DNA of 62,643 nucleotides, filler included, from Stramenopiles sp. TOSAG23-2 (Eukaryota): NCBI GenBank assembly GCA_900128395.1. It is 39 parts of 39 records of this genome, joined end to end, with 100 filler letters (N's around TTAATTAATTAA, not from the genome) between each part and the next. Parts side by side here need not be neighbours in the genome. Positions count along the whole stretch, not along the records: positions 37,159 to 38,662 come from LT652771.1; positions 38,763 to 40,264 come from LT652772.1; positions 40,365 to 41,866 come from LT652773.1; positions 41,967 to 43,467 come from LT652774.1; positions 43,568 to 45,068 come from LT652775.1; positions 45,169 to 46,668 come from LT652776.1; positions 46,769 to 48,268 come from LT652777.1; positions 48,369 to 49,868 come from LT652778.1; 31 more parts are not named here. One strand, 5' to 3'. Shown piece by piece: positions 37,159 to 48,410 of this stretch (position 1 is its first letter; each line of letters starts with the position of its first letter). The notes under the pieces were generated by a model. It saw only the letters and a program-made list of their open reading frames with translations, ran no database searches and was not told where the DNA came from. The position numbers and the translations under genes were made by a program.

Positions 37159-38662
37159 CATATTTTGTATGTTAAATGTAACTGTTGATTCAGTATAGAT
37201 GTGCCGATTAAAGTGCCTAATCCACCAAGGACAAAGTGGCAAGATTTGTCATCATAGTTTTCCAACAATGGTAGAACATTTTCAACAAATGAATATATAT
37301 CATCACACAATTTTAAAACAGATGGGAATAATATGGACGATGATGCGTTGTTGATAATATTAATTTTATCGATATCAGCAGTGATATATGTACCATCATC
37401 ATCATTTAAATCATTATTTTCTTTGCTTATATTATCTTGCATTGTGTGATATACCATATTATAATNNNNNNNNNNNNNNNNNNNNNNNNNNNNNNNNNNN
37501 NNNNNNNNNNNNNNNNNNNNNNNNNNNNNNNNNNNNNNNNNNNNNNNNNNNNNNNNNNNNNNNNNNNNNNNNNNNNNNNNNNNNNNNNNNNNNNNNNNNN
37601 NNNNNNNNNNNNNNNNNNNNNNNNNCTTCCATACCATTATTTATATCTTTATTTGAGTTGAAATGGAAATCATTTACAATATCATTCAAACGCCAATAAC
37701 ATCGAATTCGCAAATTTGTACGCAAGAGAAATAAACATTCATTTATATGAAAATCAATATTTTTAAGTGATGGGATTAAGTTAACGTCATTGCTTTTATC
37801 TATAATCGTTTCTTTCGGTTTTTCTTTGCTACTATTTGTGACGGTATATACTTTTTTAATTACAGACATTTTCATTTTGTTCTTTATATATTTTAAACTT
37901 GTATGAAAGCATGCTAAAGTATCCAATCCTCCTACAATGGGTATAATATTTTTCTCGTTCAGTTCTAATTGATTTTTTCCTGTAAAATCGCTATTTTTAG
38001 TTTGAATATTCAAATTTTCAGGGTTCGTACTGTTACCGTCCATTGCAATATTAATATTTTGTCGATCTTCCTCGTTACCTTTGGTATAGTTGAAATTATT
38101 TTCATTAAATTTTTTCATATATTTCACATTGTTAAAATATTGGTCTTCCATCAAGTAAATTTCAAGTAATGATAATGTTTGTGTACTTAATTTTGCCTTG
38201 CTTTTGTTATCATTTTCAAGTATAATGCGTTGATCTCTATTCAATTTTTTGCTTAATTGTATTAGCTCTTGATTGTATTTTTCAAACTCATCCATTCCAC
38301 TTTTATTGTTATTACTATTGTGACTTTCGCCATCGTGGACGATATGATCTAGTACCCAATGCAAGAACTTTTCCATATCTATCTCATATCCTGTTTCCGG
38401 TAAAAATATAACATTATTATACTTTGCTATTCTTTTCTTTGAAATTGTCTCATTCCAATCGTTCGTAAACATACGCTTGCACCATTTCAAATATCTTTCT
38501 ATCCCAACGTCAATGGATTTGATAACTTCGTTTAACAATAATTCATCTACTTGGTCTTTATGATTTGAATTGTTAATATCATAGGTAAAACAAAAACGAT
38601 GAATCCAATTTTCAAAAATACGTATGACATCATTCGAACTTGAAAGAATTGTCATAGTAGTT
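37159..38662 (-). CDS. Internal fragment of a large hypothetical protein
   Basis: Long open frames on both sides of an internal N gap. Confidence 0.6.
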
Positions 38663-38785
38663 NNNNNNNNNNNNNNNNNNNNNNNNNNNNNNNNNNNNNN
38701 NNNNNNTTAATTAATTAANNNNNNNNNNNNNNNNNNNNNNNNNNNNNNNNNNNNNNNNNNNNATCTTATATTATTATTTTTTGCC

Positions 38786-38912
38786 ATTGAGTATTGAGCA
38801 TATTACTTAACACGAGAAGTGTAAAATTATTTACGAGTATAACTTTAGATTTTAACCATAATAAATATAAATTGTTTTATAGTGTTTCGCAAATTAAAAA
38901 ACACGTGTCGTA
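38786..38912 (+). repeat. Dispersed non-coding element, copy 1 (copy 2 at 59578-59697)
   Basis: Colinear blocks attgagtattgagcatatta, gagaagt..aaaattatt, tataactt.agattttaaccat and acacgt.tcgta shared between two scaffolds. Confidence 0.8.
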
Positions 38913-39019
38913 CAATAATACTGCCACTCCAAGATCGTTCCCCGGCTAGTTCCCGGCAGCAGTAACTTTCGTACCTCGATAAAATCTCCGTTTTCGAGCG
39001 AACCCGACGTTCAGCCCAT

Positions 39020-39981
39020 TCAAGAAGAGCACTTCATTTTTTCTTGTAATAATTTTCGTCGTGCCGGCACAGCAGAGAGAGTTTTTTCTGGTGCCAGAGA
39101 GGACCCCACTGTTTGAGTGGGGCTGGCGTTTGTTTGTTCACATCCAATAATTTCTTCTTTAAATTCGCCCGTGTCATCGTCATAAACATTCTTTCTTAGT
39201 TCAAGATCGCACATTACGATTGGTTCATTTTCTTGGGGTTGGTCTAATACTGTTGCGGCCCGTATAACAATTTCACAGATGGTGGTACCGTCTTTGCTTT
39301 CGCTTTCCCGTGTATCGCCAAGATCGAGAGGCTTGTCATAAATGTCTAAAGTTGTGCAATTACATTCTTCTAATTTTTGTGCGTTCTCAGGACAATCAAC
39401 CTGCCCGAACGATATATCTTCCCACTCATCGCGTTTAAGTATTTCTATTTCTGGTTTCAAATCGTTAATTTGTTCTTGAATCCTTTGAACACCGGCCTTA
39501 TATTGACTACACATGTTGACAAACTTCTTTGATTGCAATACAACATGGTCATGGTTGGGCGGTTGTGTCTGCTCGTTCATATATTGTTCTAATTTTTGTC
39601 TGCGTATTTGGTGCATTTCTCTTGCTCTTCTCTTGAGTTCCAGCCTTCTCGCTTTAATATGGGCTTTTTTTTTTTTTTTTTTGCAGCAGCAAGGTGAGCT
39701 AGCATGAATGTTGGTGAATTTGCTGGTTGGGTGTGCTGTGGCGGGGATGGTCCAGTTTTACTTATTCGTAAACTAGCGTACTTTTGTTTAAGAACGTGTA
39801 TTTCTTGATCTTTTTCCTTATTAGATGCAATAAGGTTATTGACTTCCTGCTGGTTACCTGAGACCCCTTCAGCTAATATTTGTTGGGCTTTTGATATTTT
39901 CTCCATCCCTTTGAGAGGATACCCTGTACTAAACGAAACAAATGTTGCTCCAATTATTAATAACAAACATAAATACTTCAT
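39020..39981 (-). CDS. Secreted hypothetical coiled-coil protein split by a homopolymer frameshift
   Basis: Signal peptide at 39981. Overlapping ORFs change frame around the long T-run at about 39665-39682. Confidence 0.6.
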
Positions 39982-40364
39982 GTTCAGAATTCAGATATTA
40001 TAATTGAAAAACCAAACAAAACAGGCGTGAATAAGAAAGCAAAGGAGATATAAATTATTGTTAAATAAACATAAAGGAATAATGTATATAAAAAATAACA
40101 ATGTTCATATATTAGTATATTTATATTATCGTGTAGTATTATTCTTAAGAAGTATACAGTACAGTACATTATTCTTCATACATTCATACTTTCTAATTTC
40201 TAATATAATAATTAATAATTAATATTATATTATAGTAGAAGTATTATAAATTAATAATTGTGCCNNNNNNNNNNNNNNNNNNNNNNNNNNNNNNNNNNNN
40301 NNNNNNNNTTAATTAATTAANNNNNNNNNNNNNNNNNNNNNNNNNNNNNNNNNNNNNNNNNNNN

Positions 40365-41202
40365 TATGTTCAAATTGTTCACGTCCATCTGGATTAATAT
40401 CTGGGTGTAATTTTTTTGCTAATTGATGAAATGTGTTTTTTATTTCTTTCTCATCACATTTTTCAGCAGATAAGTTTAATTTATCATACAATGTTTCACT
40501 TTCATATGGTAAAATCTCCAAGTTACTCACACCTAATGATGTGGTCAATGCACGTATACCATTAATATCTGCACCAGGGGCATCGATTGCCATACATGTG
40601 ACATATTCACCACCTAATAACTCAATCGCACTTACTAAAAAACTACAGACTTGACCAAATGATGATGGATCTGTATTTTTCATTAATTTATTATATTTTG
40701 GAGGATTGTTTGCTGGTAATAATACCGACAAGTGCAAATTTTTCAAGCCGGTATTGTCACCAGGATCCATTTCAAACAATTGTTCGGCACCAGCTGATCC
40801 TGATAATCCATTCGTATTTATTGTTAATGGCACTCCATGCCTACGTTCTTTAATTGAACGACCTATTGTTATTAGTTTTTCCATTTCCAACGTTGGTTCG
40901 CCAATCATATTATCAAAAACTATATCTACTGGTGTATCATGTTCATATTTTTCTTCGATAAAATTTAATATATCTTCTTCTGATGCTATATAATTTAAAT
41001 TGTCAAGTGGTGATGGAATAGATTCTTTCAACCTATTACCTGGTCCTAACAAAGATAACAAAGGCGATGAATTATTTTCATTTGTTATATTTATATGTAT
41101 GATACCTTTATCAATATAGTGCGTGAAAGATGATGAGAAAAATCGTGAATATTGTTTTGCATATTGTTGTTTCAGAATTATTCTACATTTATGAAGAAAC
41201 AT
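40365..41202 (-). CDS. Degenerate TatD-associated radical-SAM-like domain fused to a DnaJ domain, with a mitochondrial-type presequence
   Basis: INITN, GEPTL, INTNGL, LSV.L.A, F..V.SF, PG.DI..LGV motifs with no CxxxCxxC. J domain LYDKLNL..EIKNTFHQLAKKLHPD. Confidence 0.72.
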
Positions 41203-41563
41203 TATTAATATTTATAAAATAATAAATGTGATGGATGGTGGTTATACTAAAAAAAATATATATATATATATAAGCAAATGTGATTGTTACGTATATATAC
41301 AAAACACTTTATCTGTATATTTTGCAGTAATATATATATAATTGTAAATTGTATATATTAGATCTTATATGATGAATTATGTATTATTTTTTGTTCATAA
41401 AATATCACTCTATATAGTTTTTATATATACATATACATCAAGTCGTATTATTGTTTGAAATGAATATGAAAAGTGTTTTCAAACTGGCAACGGGAAAATA
41501 AACGTAAAAAAATTGAATACACACATTAAAAAAGTAATATAATTAATAATATATCTCTTTCTC

Positions 41564-41809
41564 CCTAAGCTACGTATAAATTTTTATGTCAAACACACTA
41601 TGTTTAAATATATATACTTCGTAATATTTTATACGAATATATAATATTTACAAACACCAATAATTTGTGTACGAGTAGTACGTACGAGTATATGTATGAT
41701 AAAAAAAAGTAAAAACTTTTCAAATTTAAAAACACACATATATATATATATATCTTCCTCCCTAAGCTATGATACGTATAAATTCATATCAAACACACTA
41801 ATGTTTAAA
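41564..41809. repeat. Diverged 45-50 bp direct repeat about 200 bp apart
   Basis: cctaagcta..cgtataaatt..tcaaacacacta.tgtttaaa at about 41564 and 41761. Confidence 0.65.
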
Positions 41810-42205
41810 AAGAATATATGTATATTATTAGTTTGTAGTATATATGCATATATATATATGTCCCCANNNNNNNNNNNNNNNNNNNNNNNNNNNNNNNNNN
41901 NNNNNNNNNNTTAATTAATTAANNNNNNNNNNNNNNNNNNNNNNNNNNNNNNNNNNNNNNNNNNNNTTATCTTATAGAGTATTAATAATGACACTTAAAT
42001 ATACATATTCTCGCCTATGTCACGCGGGCATTTTGCTCACAGTTGGGTGGTGGGTGTGATGACATTTTCCAACTAATGTGTTGTTTCGAAACAAGTAAAT
42101 ATGCGCTATTTTACAATTAAAATGTTTCCGAAGGAGATTTGACAAGTCTAACCAATAAGTCCTGTATGTGTAAATAATAATTATTATCATTGTTGCACCA
42201 TAATA

Positions 42206-42949
42206 ATGTATAATATATATATTAATGGTGGTGGCGGAGATGGTGTAGAGTGTGTGAGTTACCAAGCTCTTAAAAAAACAAATCCCAAGTTAGGTAAACT
42301 ATATAAGTTTTCTATTTTTCTGGTTCTACTTGCCGTTCCCTTTTGGGTAACCGGCATGTTAATTGATAAAGAGCAAAAGCAACCAAAACAATTAGCAGAT
42401 GATATTTTGTTGGTAATTGGTGGGGCACTGCAGGGGCTGGCGTATTTCATTGTTGAAGGTAGCGGCTGTCTTTTGCTCAAGAGCAAGTGGTGGAATCCTA
42501 CCTGTTGCTGTTGCCTTTTGTTGTGCCAAATTCGATGTGGTGCGTGTATTGCAACAATTTTATGGATTGTAGGCGCAACGCTTGTAAGCAGCGGCGAAGG
42601 ATATGTTATGTTGTTGTTGGTGAATCTTTTTTCTTTACTTGGTTGTTTTCTCATTAATATTATATTTTTGAGAATATTTTACAATGAAAGGATCGCAGGT
42701 AAAGAGCAACCAAAAGAAAATAATCAGCTGGAGCTCGGAGAAGTGATCACAGGTGAAGAGCAGCCAAAAAAAAATAATCAGCAGGCTCCAGGAGAAGCCA
42801 ACCGAAACGTAAAACCTTCGGATTCATTGGCCAGTAAATTACAGGAGCTGAAACAGGCTAAAGACCAAGGCCTTATATCTGAAGCAGAATTTCAGCAGTG
42901 TAAATCTGATCTGGTTTCAGGCATAGTTGGAGCGTCAAAAACTGTTTAA
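42206..42949 (+). CDS. Four-TM membrane protein with C-terminal SHOCT domain
   Basis: Hydrophobic helices, a Cys-rich loop, a 17-aa internal repeat, and KLQELKQAKDQGLISEAEFQQCKSDL (SHOCT pattern). Confidence 0.7.
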   Translation: MYNIYINGGGGDGVECVSYQALKKTNPKLGKLYKFSIFLVLLAVPFWVTGMLIDKEQKQPKQLADDILLVIGGALQGLAYFIVEGSGCLLLKSKWWNPTCCCCLLLCQIRCGACIATILWIVGATLVSSGEGYVMLLLVNLFSLLGCFLINIIFLRIFYNERIAGKEQPKENNQLELGEVITGEEQPKKNNQQAPGEANRNVKPSDSLASKLQELKQAKDQGLISEAEFQQCKSDLVSGIVGASKTV

Positions 42950-43568
42950 ATTCAAGCTGAAATATTTTAATATTTTTAATTATTTTATTATGTTTTTTCA
43001 TGTACGTTTCAATATTTTATATTTATGGAGGACAAATGCACCCTTTAAACAAAATTTCATCTCCAGAAATAATTGCTGGGTTGCCTGCCTGGCCTGGAAA
43101 AAAGCTTCTTTCGGAGACGAACCAAAAAAAAATGCTACGAGATCTACTTTAACTTTTCCCGTTATGGTAGTCTAAGAAATTATTTATATAACATATAGTA
43201 AGAGAAAAACACATATATAATATATATATAATACTAAATAAAAAGAATAATTTTTGTGCGCTTTTTAAAAATTATAAAAAGAGTTTTCCAAATATGATAT
43301 TTCATACTTTTAGAAAGTTCTCATTATTTTTAAACACGCACGCAACTCTCTCTCGCGCACTTTTTCAAAAAAAAAGACAAAACACACACACACCGCTTTT
43401 TACAATTTACTATTCCCTTCGTTTGCTTTTTCAAATCCACATATTAATCGTACAGCAATATTTGGAANNNNNNNNNNNNNNNNNNNNNNNNNNNNNNNNN
43501 NNNNNNNNNNNTTAATTAATTAANNNNNNNNNNNNNNNNNNNNNNNNNNNNNNNNNNNNNNNNNNNNG

Positions 43569-44159
43569 CCATATCCTCCATCAGAAGTAAATGGGTTAGA
43601 AATTGACTGGTTAAAAAAAAGAAAATTATTTGTAAATCCACCATTTAGTCAAGATGTGTTATGGCTAAAAAAATGTCACGAGACGTACTTACGTGCAAAA
43701 GAGTTAAACGAACCGCTGCACATTGTAGCTCTCATTCCGATGAAATCGCCCAAAAAGTTAGAGGAGTATATTGAGCAAGAATATATTATAAAAAAACCCA
43801 TCCATGGGCGATTAAAATTTATTGACTTAACAGGAAAACGAAAAACAGTCAATTGATTCAATAAAGATTGTTGGTTTATTCATTACAAATATGATCCTGT
43901 ACAAGTAATTAATGACAGTGCATCGGATAGTAGTAGTGAAGATGAGGAACAAGAAGTTGAAATACCTGATTTTAAAACCTTAGCACTTGAACGAGAACAA
44001 CGATATGGAGTTAAGAAAGATGCTAGTGCAATGGCGAATAATAACAACAACAATAACATTGTAATGTACAATGACATTAATAAAAAGAAAAAGAAAAGTG
44101 CACGTGCAAAACGTGCAGAGTGGAGAAAAAAGGGTAAAGGATATAAATTAAATGAATAA
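43569..44159 (+). pseudogene. Phage-type DNA N6-adenine methyltransferase (Dam, PF05869-like), 5' truncated, with an in-frame TGA
   Basis: NGLEIDW..LFVNPPFS..WLKK..IVALIP..GRLKF, with NPPF at 43635-43646. TGA at 43854-43856 is followed by 100 further open codons to TAA at 44157-44159. Confidence 0.8.
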
Positions 44160-44179
44160 ATTAAAATTATTTTAATTTA
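44157..44179. terminator. AT-rich hairpin spanning the stop codons of two convergent genes
   Basis: taaattaaaa-tta-ttttaattta: 10-bp perfect stem whose outer bases are both TAA stops. Confidence 0.5.
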
Positions 44180-44493
44180 GTTATTTTTATTGGACTCCTC
44201 AATTTTTTTACCAACTTGACGTTCACTCATAAATATGTCGGCATAATCTTCACGAAAACGTATCACGTAGTACCTTTTCATTCTGCCAGTGCCCTTGGCA
44301 ATAACATCTGCAACGTTACCATTAATTTCAACAGTTTGATTAATTTTATCGTCTCCTTTAGGAACCTCAACCTCATATGATTTAACCACTCTTAATTTTT
44401 TTCTGCCTTTCTTAACCACCGTCTCAATTTCAATATATCTGGATATACGTTGCCTTCTTTCTCCAGTTCATAAAATCTTTGATAATATTTCAT
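44177..44493 (-). CDS. Small hypothetical protein, probably frameshifted at an A-run
   Basis: The ATG at 44493 gives MKYYQRFYELEK..WLRKAEKN-stop. One extra A near 44400 would join it to LRVVKSYEVEV..SNKNN. Confidence 0.45.
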
Positions 44494-44572
44494 TGACTTT
44501 TTAAGAAATTAAGAAATAATATAAAAATTTGATTAATAATTATTTAAAAATATCTTATTAATATAATATATT

Positions 44573-44830
44573 ATGAGCTATACCTGCCCGAACCCTGAGT
44601 GCAAAATCAAAACATTCACCCATAAGAGTGTATATGAACGCCATTTAAAAACTAATTGTGGCAAACCTAAAGAGCCTACTGTTTGTGACATATGTGGAAA
44701 ATGTTTCAAATATCCTTCCAAATTACAGGAGCATTTAAATAACAAAAAGAAGTGCTCGCCGCCTGTAGATATAAGAAAAGATTTACGTATAGAGAGACTC
44801 AAATTGAGATTAAAATCTTTGAAATATTAA
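44573..44830 (+). CDS. Small double zinc-finger protein (C2H2/C2HC)
   Basis: CPNPEC..F.....ERHLKTNC and CDICGKCF.YPSKLQEHLNNKKKC. Confidence 0.8.
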   Translation: MSYTCPNPECKIKTFTHKSVYERHLKTNCGKPKEPTVCDICGKCFKYPSKLQEHLNNKKKCSPPVDIRKDLRIERLKLRLKSLKY

Positions 44831-45732
44831 AGGGGAAAACTTCCCTTCCCTTCCCTAATTGCATTGAGATTATTATATATTAGGCAATTCTTCAGATATC
44901 GCCACATAAGCTCCGAGTCATAATGCTAGTTTAATGTTAATTTTTTTTCATTAAAATTGCCACAAAGTTTGTCACTTGATCATTTTTTTTGATCTTAATT
45001 TATTTGTTGATTATCTTCTGTCAATTGTCTTTGGTGGGGCTTTAATATTGTTGTATACGACAACAAGTNNNNNNNNNNNNNNNNNNNNNNNNNNNNNNNN
45101 NNNNNNNNNNNNTTAATTAATTAANNNNNNNNNNNNNNNNNNNNNNNNNNNNNNNNNNNNNNNNNNNNGAGTAAATTAAAAATAAATTATGCGTAAATTA
45201 AATTATATTTTGGACTTCTCATATACGCTTCGTATATTTTTTTACTTTACTATCATAATCATATCATACGTACTATCATCTCATACTATGAATATGTCTA
45301 ATTATTATTACCTTTTCTTATGATATTGTACAGGTATTATATTTACTGTATAGCCTCATCATTATTATACCAGGTACTACAGAAAATTTATTGATATAAG
45401 TGAGTTCAGTGAGATACGTGCATACGTCCTTGTAGTTTAAGTTCGGATATTTCCCCCCTTCGATTTCAATTATGTTAAAAATGGGAAAAAGGAGATCATA
45501 AAATATATTTACCTCCAGCATAATATATATATTCTAAAAACATAGTACATGTAATAAATAATGAATGATGAAAGATAAGGAAACAAACACTTATATACAT
45601 ATAACATCTTGTATCAAGAATATCATTGATTAGTCATTATATTATATTATATTATATTATATATATATATATATGTAAGAGAAAAAGAAGAAACAAAGAG
45701 AGGAAAAAAGAAGTATCATATATGAAATAAGA

Positions 45733-46125
45733 ATGGCAGCAATAAATCTATTTTTGAAAAATTCAAGACCTGTATTAAAAAATATGAATAATAAGAATAA
45801 CTATAAATATTGTAAGAAAACTAATTTTGCGAAACAAATAACATGTTTTACGTTCAGTTTTGCTACTGGGATTTGCATTGTAGATGATGCAATGTCTGAA
45901 TCAAGAATGATACCTTTTGTTCCTGATAATTTTACTACTAATAGTGCATCAATATCTGGTATGATGAACAAATTTAATAGCATGTTATTTCCATCAATTA
46001 TGCAAATGAACCGTAATGCTAGAAAACCAAAACGAGCGAATGGTGGTAATAGACCATGTAGTAGTGTTAACAGACGAAAGAGACGCGGAAGAATCAAGGT
46101 AAAGAATGGGAAGATTGTTCGATAA
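45733..46125 (+). CDS. Small protein with a very basic C-terminal motif (possible organellar RNA-binding or ribosomal protein)
   Basis: Complete ORF ending MNRNARKPKRANGGNRPCSSVNRRKRRGRIK. The N-terminus lacks acidic residues. Confidence 0.4.
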   Translation: MAAINLFLKNSRPVLKNMNNKNNYKYCKKTNFAKQITCFTFSFATGICIVDDAMSESRMIPFVPDNFTTNSASISGMMNKFNSMLFPSIMQMNRNARKPKRANGGNRPCSSVNRRKRRGRIKVKNGKIVR

Positions 46126-46768
46126 AATTCATACGTATATCTAATATAGATTTTATAAAAAAATAGAAAAACATTATATATATTTTGTTCATGATATATG
46201 CCTATTATAAAATATAATATATATGATAGAGATATAGTACTCTTTCGTATTTGTATGTATCATAAGCTTCGTATCATATATGTGTTTTTCTCTTACTCAT
46301 ATATATTATGATATATATACACACATAGGGTATGAACTCCCTCTATAATAAAATTCGTAAAACTATCATGTGTCATTATATGATGACACAGGTACTCCAG
46401 CAAGAATAATAATAAATATACGAAGATCATATATCATACCACTTCCGATAGATATGTTTATATAGCGATATATTAATCGTCAAAATATATATGCGTAAAC
46501 ATGTTTATGCATTAATTAAATGATATGATATTATAATTATATATGCGTAAACTGATATATATATATATATAAATATTACCAGTGACTCTGTAAAAAAAAC
46601 TTTATGTCATACATATATAAATTATGTGTAAGAGAAAATTTATATATATATATATATATATATATTAANNNNNNNNNNNNNNNNNNNNNNNNNNNNNNNN
46701 NNNNNNNNNNNNTTAATTAATTAANNNNNNNNNNNNNNNNNNNNNNNNNNNNNNNNNNNNNNNNNNNN

Positions 46769-48268
46769 ACATCAATCCAAAAATTAATATACTAAAACCT
46801 TGTAAAAAGCGTGGCCGTAATTGCTTATTTCCACAAGCAGCCATAAGAAAAACGCAGTAAGTAACAGCACATAATGTTACTAATCCTGCTCGTGCATATG
46901 CTGCACTTCTCACATGATCGTTTCTGAATATTTTTTTCGATTGATATGATACATACATTAAAATTATAATACCCATTACAATAATAAGTGAAAAAAAGGC
47001 AACACTTCCAGTTGCACAAAAAAGAATATCTTCTTCATTAATGTTGTAAGAGGAAGAGAATGAAATATTTTCATTCTGACTATTATTGCATGATGATCCT
47101 AAATCATTCTCGTCATATGCATAGTTATATGCTAATCTTCTACTTTCCCCTTCATCAGTACCGCCTATATTAATAGATGCAGGTGTTTTTTTCATTTTAA
47201 CAACTGGAGCTGCTTTCATTTGAAATACCACTGGATTTTTTAAATTCTCTATTTTCAATTTGTCTGTACCTGTACGCAACGACAATGAAAAAAGATTAGA
47301 TAATACTTGTTTGTTTGACAATGGTTCATATAGGTTGAGTTTCCACTCTACGGTAGATACATCAATACTTGATAATGTTGAAAATTGCTTTGCTATATCA
47401 TCTGGCGCATTAAATGTTGTGTCACCAACATTAAAGGTTTCTTCACTTAAGAGTTTGGCATCAGCTCTTTTTGTATAAATTAATAGTTTAGGCGTTGCTA
47501 TCGTCACAGCAGCACCAACTTCAATATTTTTTGTTGTTACAATTGAAATTGTGTTGACAATATCTGTTAGTTTATTGATTAACTGTGCCTGTTCTTTTTT
47601 AGACGTCTCTATTCTTTTTGTCTCCGTTCTTTTATTTGTACCTTGGCCAGTAGAAGTAGTAACAACCTTTTTTTCATTAACAATTGCAGATTCTAAAATA
47701 TTTGTCACAATATTTGCACATTTTCTTAACGTTTCGTTTGTTATCACTGTTACATTATCCTGGCTACTTGATAAAATATTAAAAATTAAATTAACAGACA
47801 TGTTTCGTGCATTAGCGTCAATATTTGTTGGATCTGCTGTTATTGTATCCAACGTATTTATCGCTGTTGTTGTATCAATAGTTCCATTCGATAACCCTGC
47901 TAAGAGGGAATTTTCAAGATCTTCTAATAATTTTGTATTTTTTTGAATTTTTAAAATAGTTTCTTCTTCTGTTGGTTGTACTGTGCTAGTCGTTCCTGTC
48001 GTCGTTGTTGCAATTTTTGTAGTTGTACTAATGGTTGTTGTACTAATGATTGTTGTTGCTGGAGTTGTGGTAGGGGTGGTTGTTCCTGAAGCAGGTGCAC
48101 TTGTGGTGGTTGTTCCTGACGCAGGTGCACTTGTGGTGGTTGTTCCTGAAGCAGGTGCACTTGTGGTGGTTGTTCCTGAAGCAGGTGCACGTGTGGTGGT
48201 TGTTCCTGAAGCAGGTGCACTTGTGGTGGTTATTGGACTTGTGGTGGTAGTGGTGGTTGTTGGACAAG
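46769..48268 (-). CDS. Mucin-stalk plus GAIN/polycystin-like multi-TM receptor fragment
   Basis: One open frame across the scaffold: Thr-rich repeats, a helical GAIN-like region (WKLNLY..SNLFSLSL..IENLKNPVVF), then TM helices. Confidence 0.6.
48075..48231. repeat. Coding 30-bp minisatellite, 5 copies (TTTSAPASGT)
   Basis: Unit ggtggttgttcctgaagcaggtgcacttgt. Confidence 0.95.
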
Positions 48269-48410
48269 NNNNNNNNNNNNNNNNNNNNNNNNNNNNNNNN
48301 NNNNNNNNNNNNTTAATTAATTAANNNNNNNNNNNNNNNNNNNNNNNNNNNNNNNNNNNNNNNNNNNNTTGTCATCACCAGTAAAAACATTCATTATATT
48401 ATATAACAAC

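Larger units (their letters stand above)
43568..45068. mobile_element. Putative viral or endogenous-viral fragment (Polinton-like virus, virophage or large DNA virus type)
   Basis: Three short, tightly packed intronless genes including a phage-type Dam methylase and a viral-style zinc finger. Host-type microsatellites are absent. No capsid, ATPase or polymerase gene is present. Confidence 0.5.

Noticed and set aside
47951-48324. ORF-track proteins HLLQEQPPQV, VVVVPEAGAL and NNHHKCTCFR
   Set aside because: These are alternative frames of the 30-bp minisatellite. The Thr-rich frame is the one continuous with the downstream receptor ORF.
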